64,000 nt of DNA, from assembly GCA_964106915.2 (NCBI GenBank), contig OZ066923.1; one strand, written 5' to 3'. Position numbers and translations under genes: made by a program. How positions within the stretch are numbered: position 1 is the stretch's first letter; each line of letters starts with the position of its first letter. The notes below the pieces were generated by a model. That model had not been told where the DNA came from, ran no database searches, and was given only the letters and a program-made list of their open reading frames with translations. This DNA is from Podarcis gaigeae. Its lineage: Eukaryota. Positions 62,818 to 64,000 of the stretch are shown here, piece by piece.

Positions 62818-64000
62818 GCAAGTGTCCATACCTGCACCCTAAGCAGACAGCATGAGCAGCTGTTGAATCATTGTCATCTGCACGCACAGAGGGTGTGTCC
62901 TCTGTGGTTAATGTGCATTCCCCTGCTCCTTCCCCTGTCAACACCCATCATGTTCCTTTTAATAACATTTTTTAAATCCTGCAAAGTTATTGATACACCG
63001 GCAGTCTGGTAGGACGTGCTGCACAGCCTCAGTTAGTTATATTGCATTCAGGCTTCCTACCACGCAAGCAACTTCAAGTTTACATTTCTCCAGAGGGCAG
63101 GCACTCTGCATTGTATACGTCTAACACCTACTCAGAATAGGCCCTTTAAAATTAATATCCCTGAGTTAGCTATGTGTGCTTATAAAGGAACACCAATACA
63201 CATGGGTCAGGATGGCTTTTTCCTCCTGCTTTATAAAGCAGAAAGAATGCAACAATCAGTGCAGTTGCTTACTTTATTCACAGTTGCTCCAGTCCAGTAA
63301 GGGAGATCTGCTCAAGGAAGCAGTCTTTCTTCTGTTTGCACAGCTGCTGCAGATACAGATACACATCTAGAGGCAAATCCCCACCCTTATCACAATACTC
63401 ACCCAGGCCCCACTGGATTAATTACATAAGGGTAAAGATGAGCATCTTTCAAGAGAACGGCTCACCTGTAAGATTTGAAGCGTCGCACAGGCACACGGAT
63501 ACAAGGTCTCCAAGCAACTTGCAACATAAGTAAGAGCATAATCAAAACATATTATGCAGGACCCACTTGCGCAAGAGACAAGCAATTCCTAAAAGATACA
63601 CAGAAACAACTCCCAGCCTTATTATTATTAACATAGAAAAAATGAAATGGGGGCAGGGCAGGGTTGGTGTGGTGCAAACATGCCAGCAGAGCCAATCCAG
63701 CTCCCATAGCAGTGCACTCGCACCATGCTGACATTTCCACCACCTTGTCCCTCCCGCTCCTCATCCTTGTGTAGAGCAGGCCCCCAGGGGGAGGAGGGGA
63801 GGGGTGCAGCCCTGCCATGCCATCCACTACTCAGAGTATGTTAACTCCCATAAAGCCAATTTGAAGTGGAGTTAAGCCCCAGGGTAAAATTTACTTCTGG
63901 AGTCTTTGTAATGTGGTTTGGCTTGTGGGTTTGGTTCATAATAGAGGATGTACTGTGGTGGGCAGGGGTAATGCAAGAATGGAACAAAAATCTACTCCAG

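Overview
This is eukaryotic, AT-rich, repeat-rich vertebrate DNA with no prokaryotic systems. The repeat inventory points to a squamate, most likely a lacertid lizard (inference from recalled family consensi): Sauria/Squam1 SINEs, a Squam3-type CORE SINE, Bov-B RTE LINE 3' ends, CR1/L2/L1 3' fragments, and Tc1/mariner and hAT MITEs. Almost all ORFs in the supplied track are spurious or transposon remnants. At the left end, three phase-compatible minus-strand exons (5497-5665, a 22-nt microexon at 4235-4256, and 376-486) splice into the N-terminus of a signal-peptide-bearing protein I cannot name; the gene continues off the left edge. A young-looking 754-bp solo LTR (16084-16837, TG..CA ends, 5-bp TSD) carries an uninterrupted 198-codon ORF. 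Also present are several nested DNA-transposon stacks with recoverable TSDs, a tail-to-tail SINE pair, an L1 3' end with an 18-bp TSD and one assembly gap. Many repeat-free, motif-rich blocks to the right resemble conserved non-coding elements of a large intron or gene desert, but conservation cannot be shown from this sequence alone.
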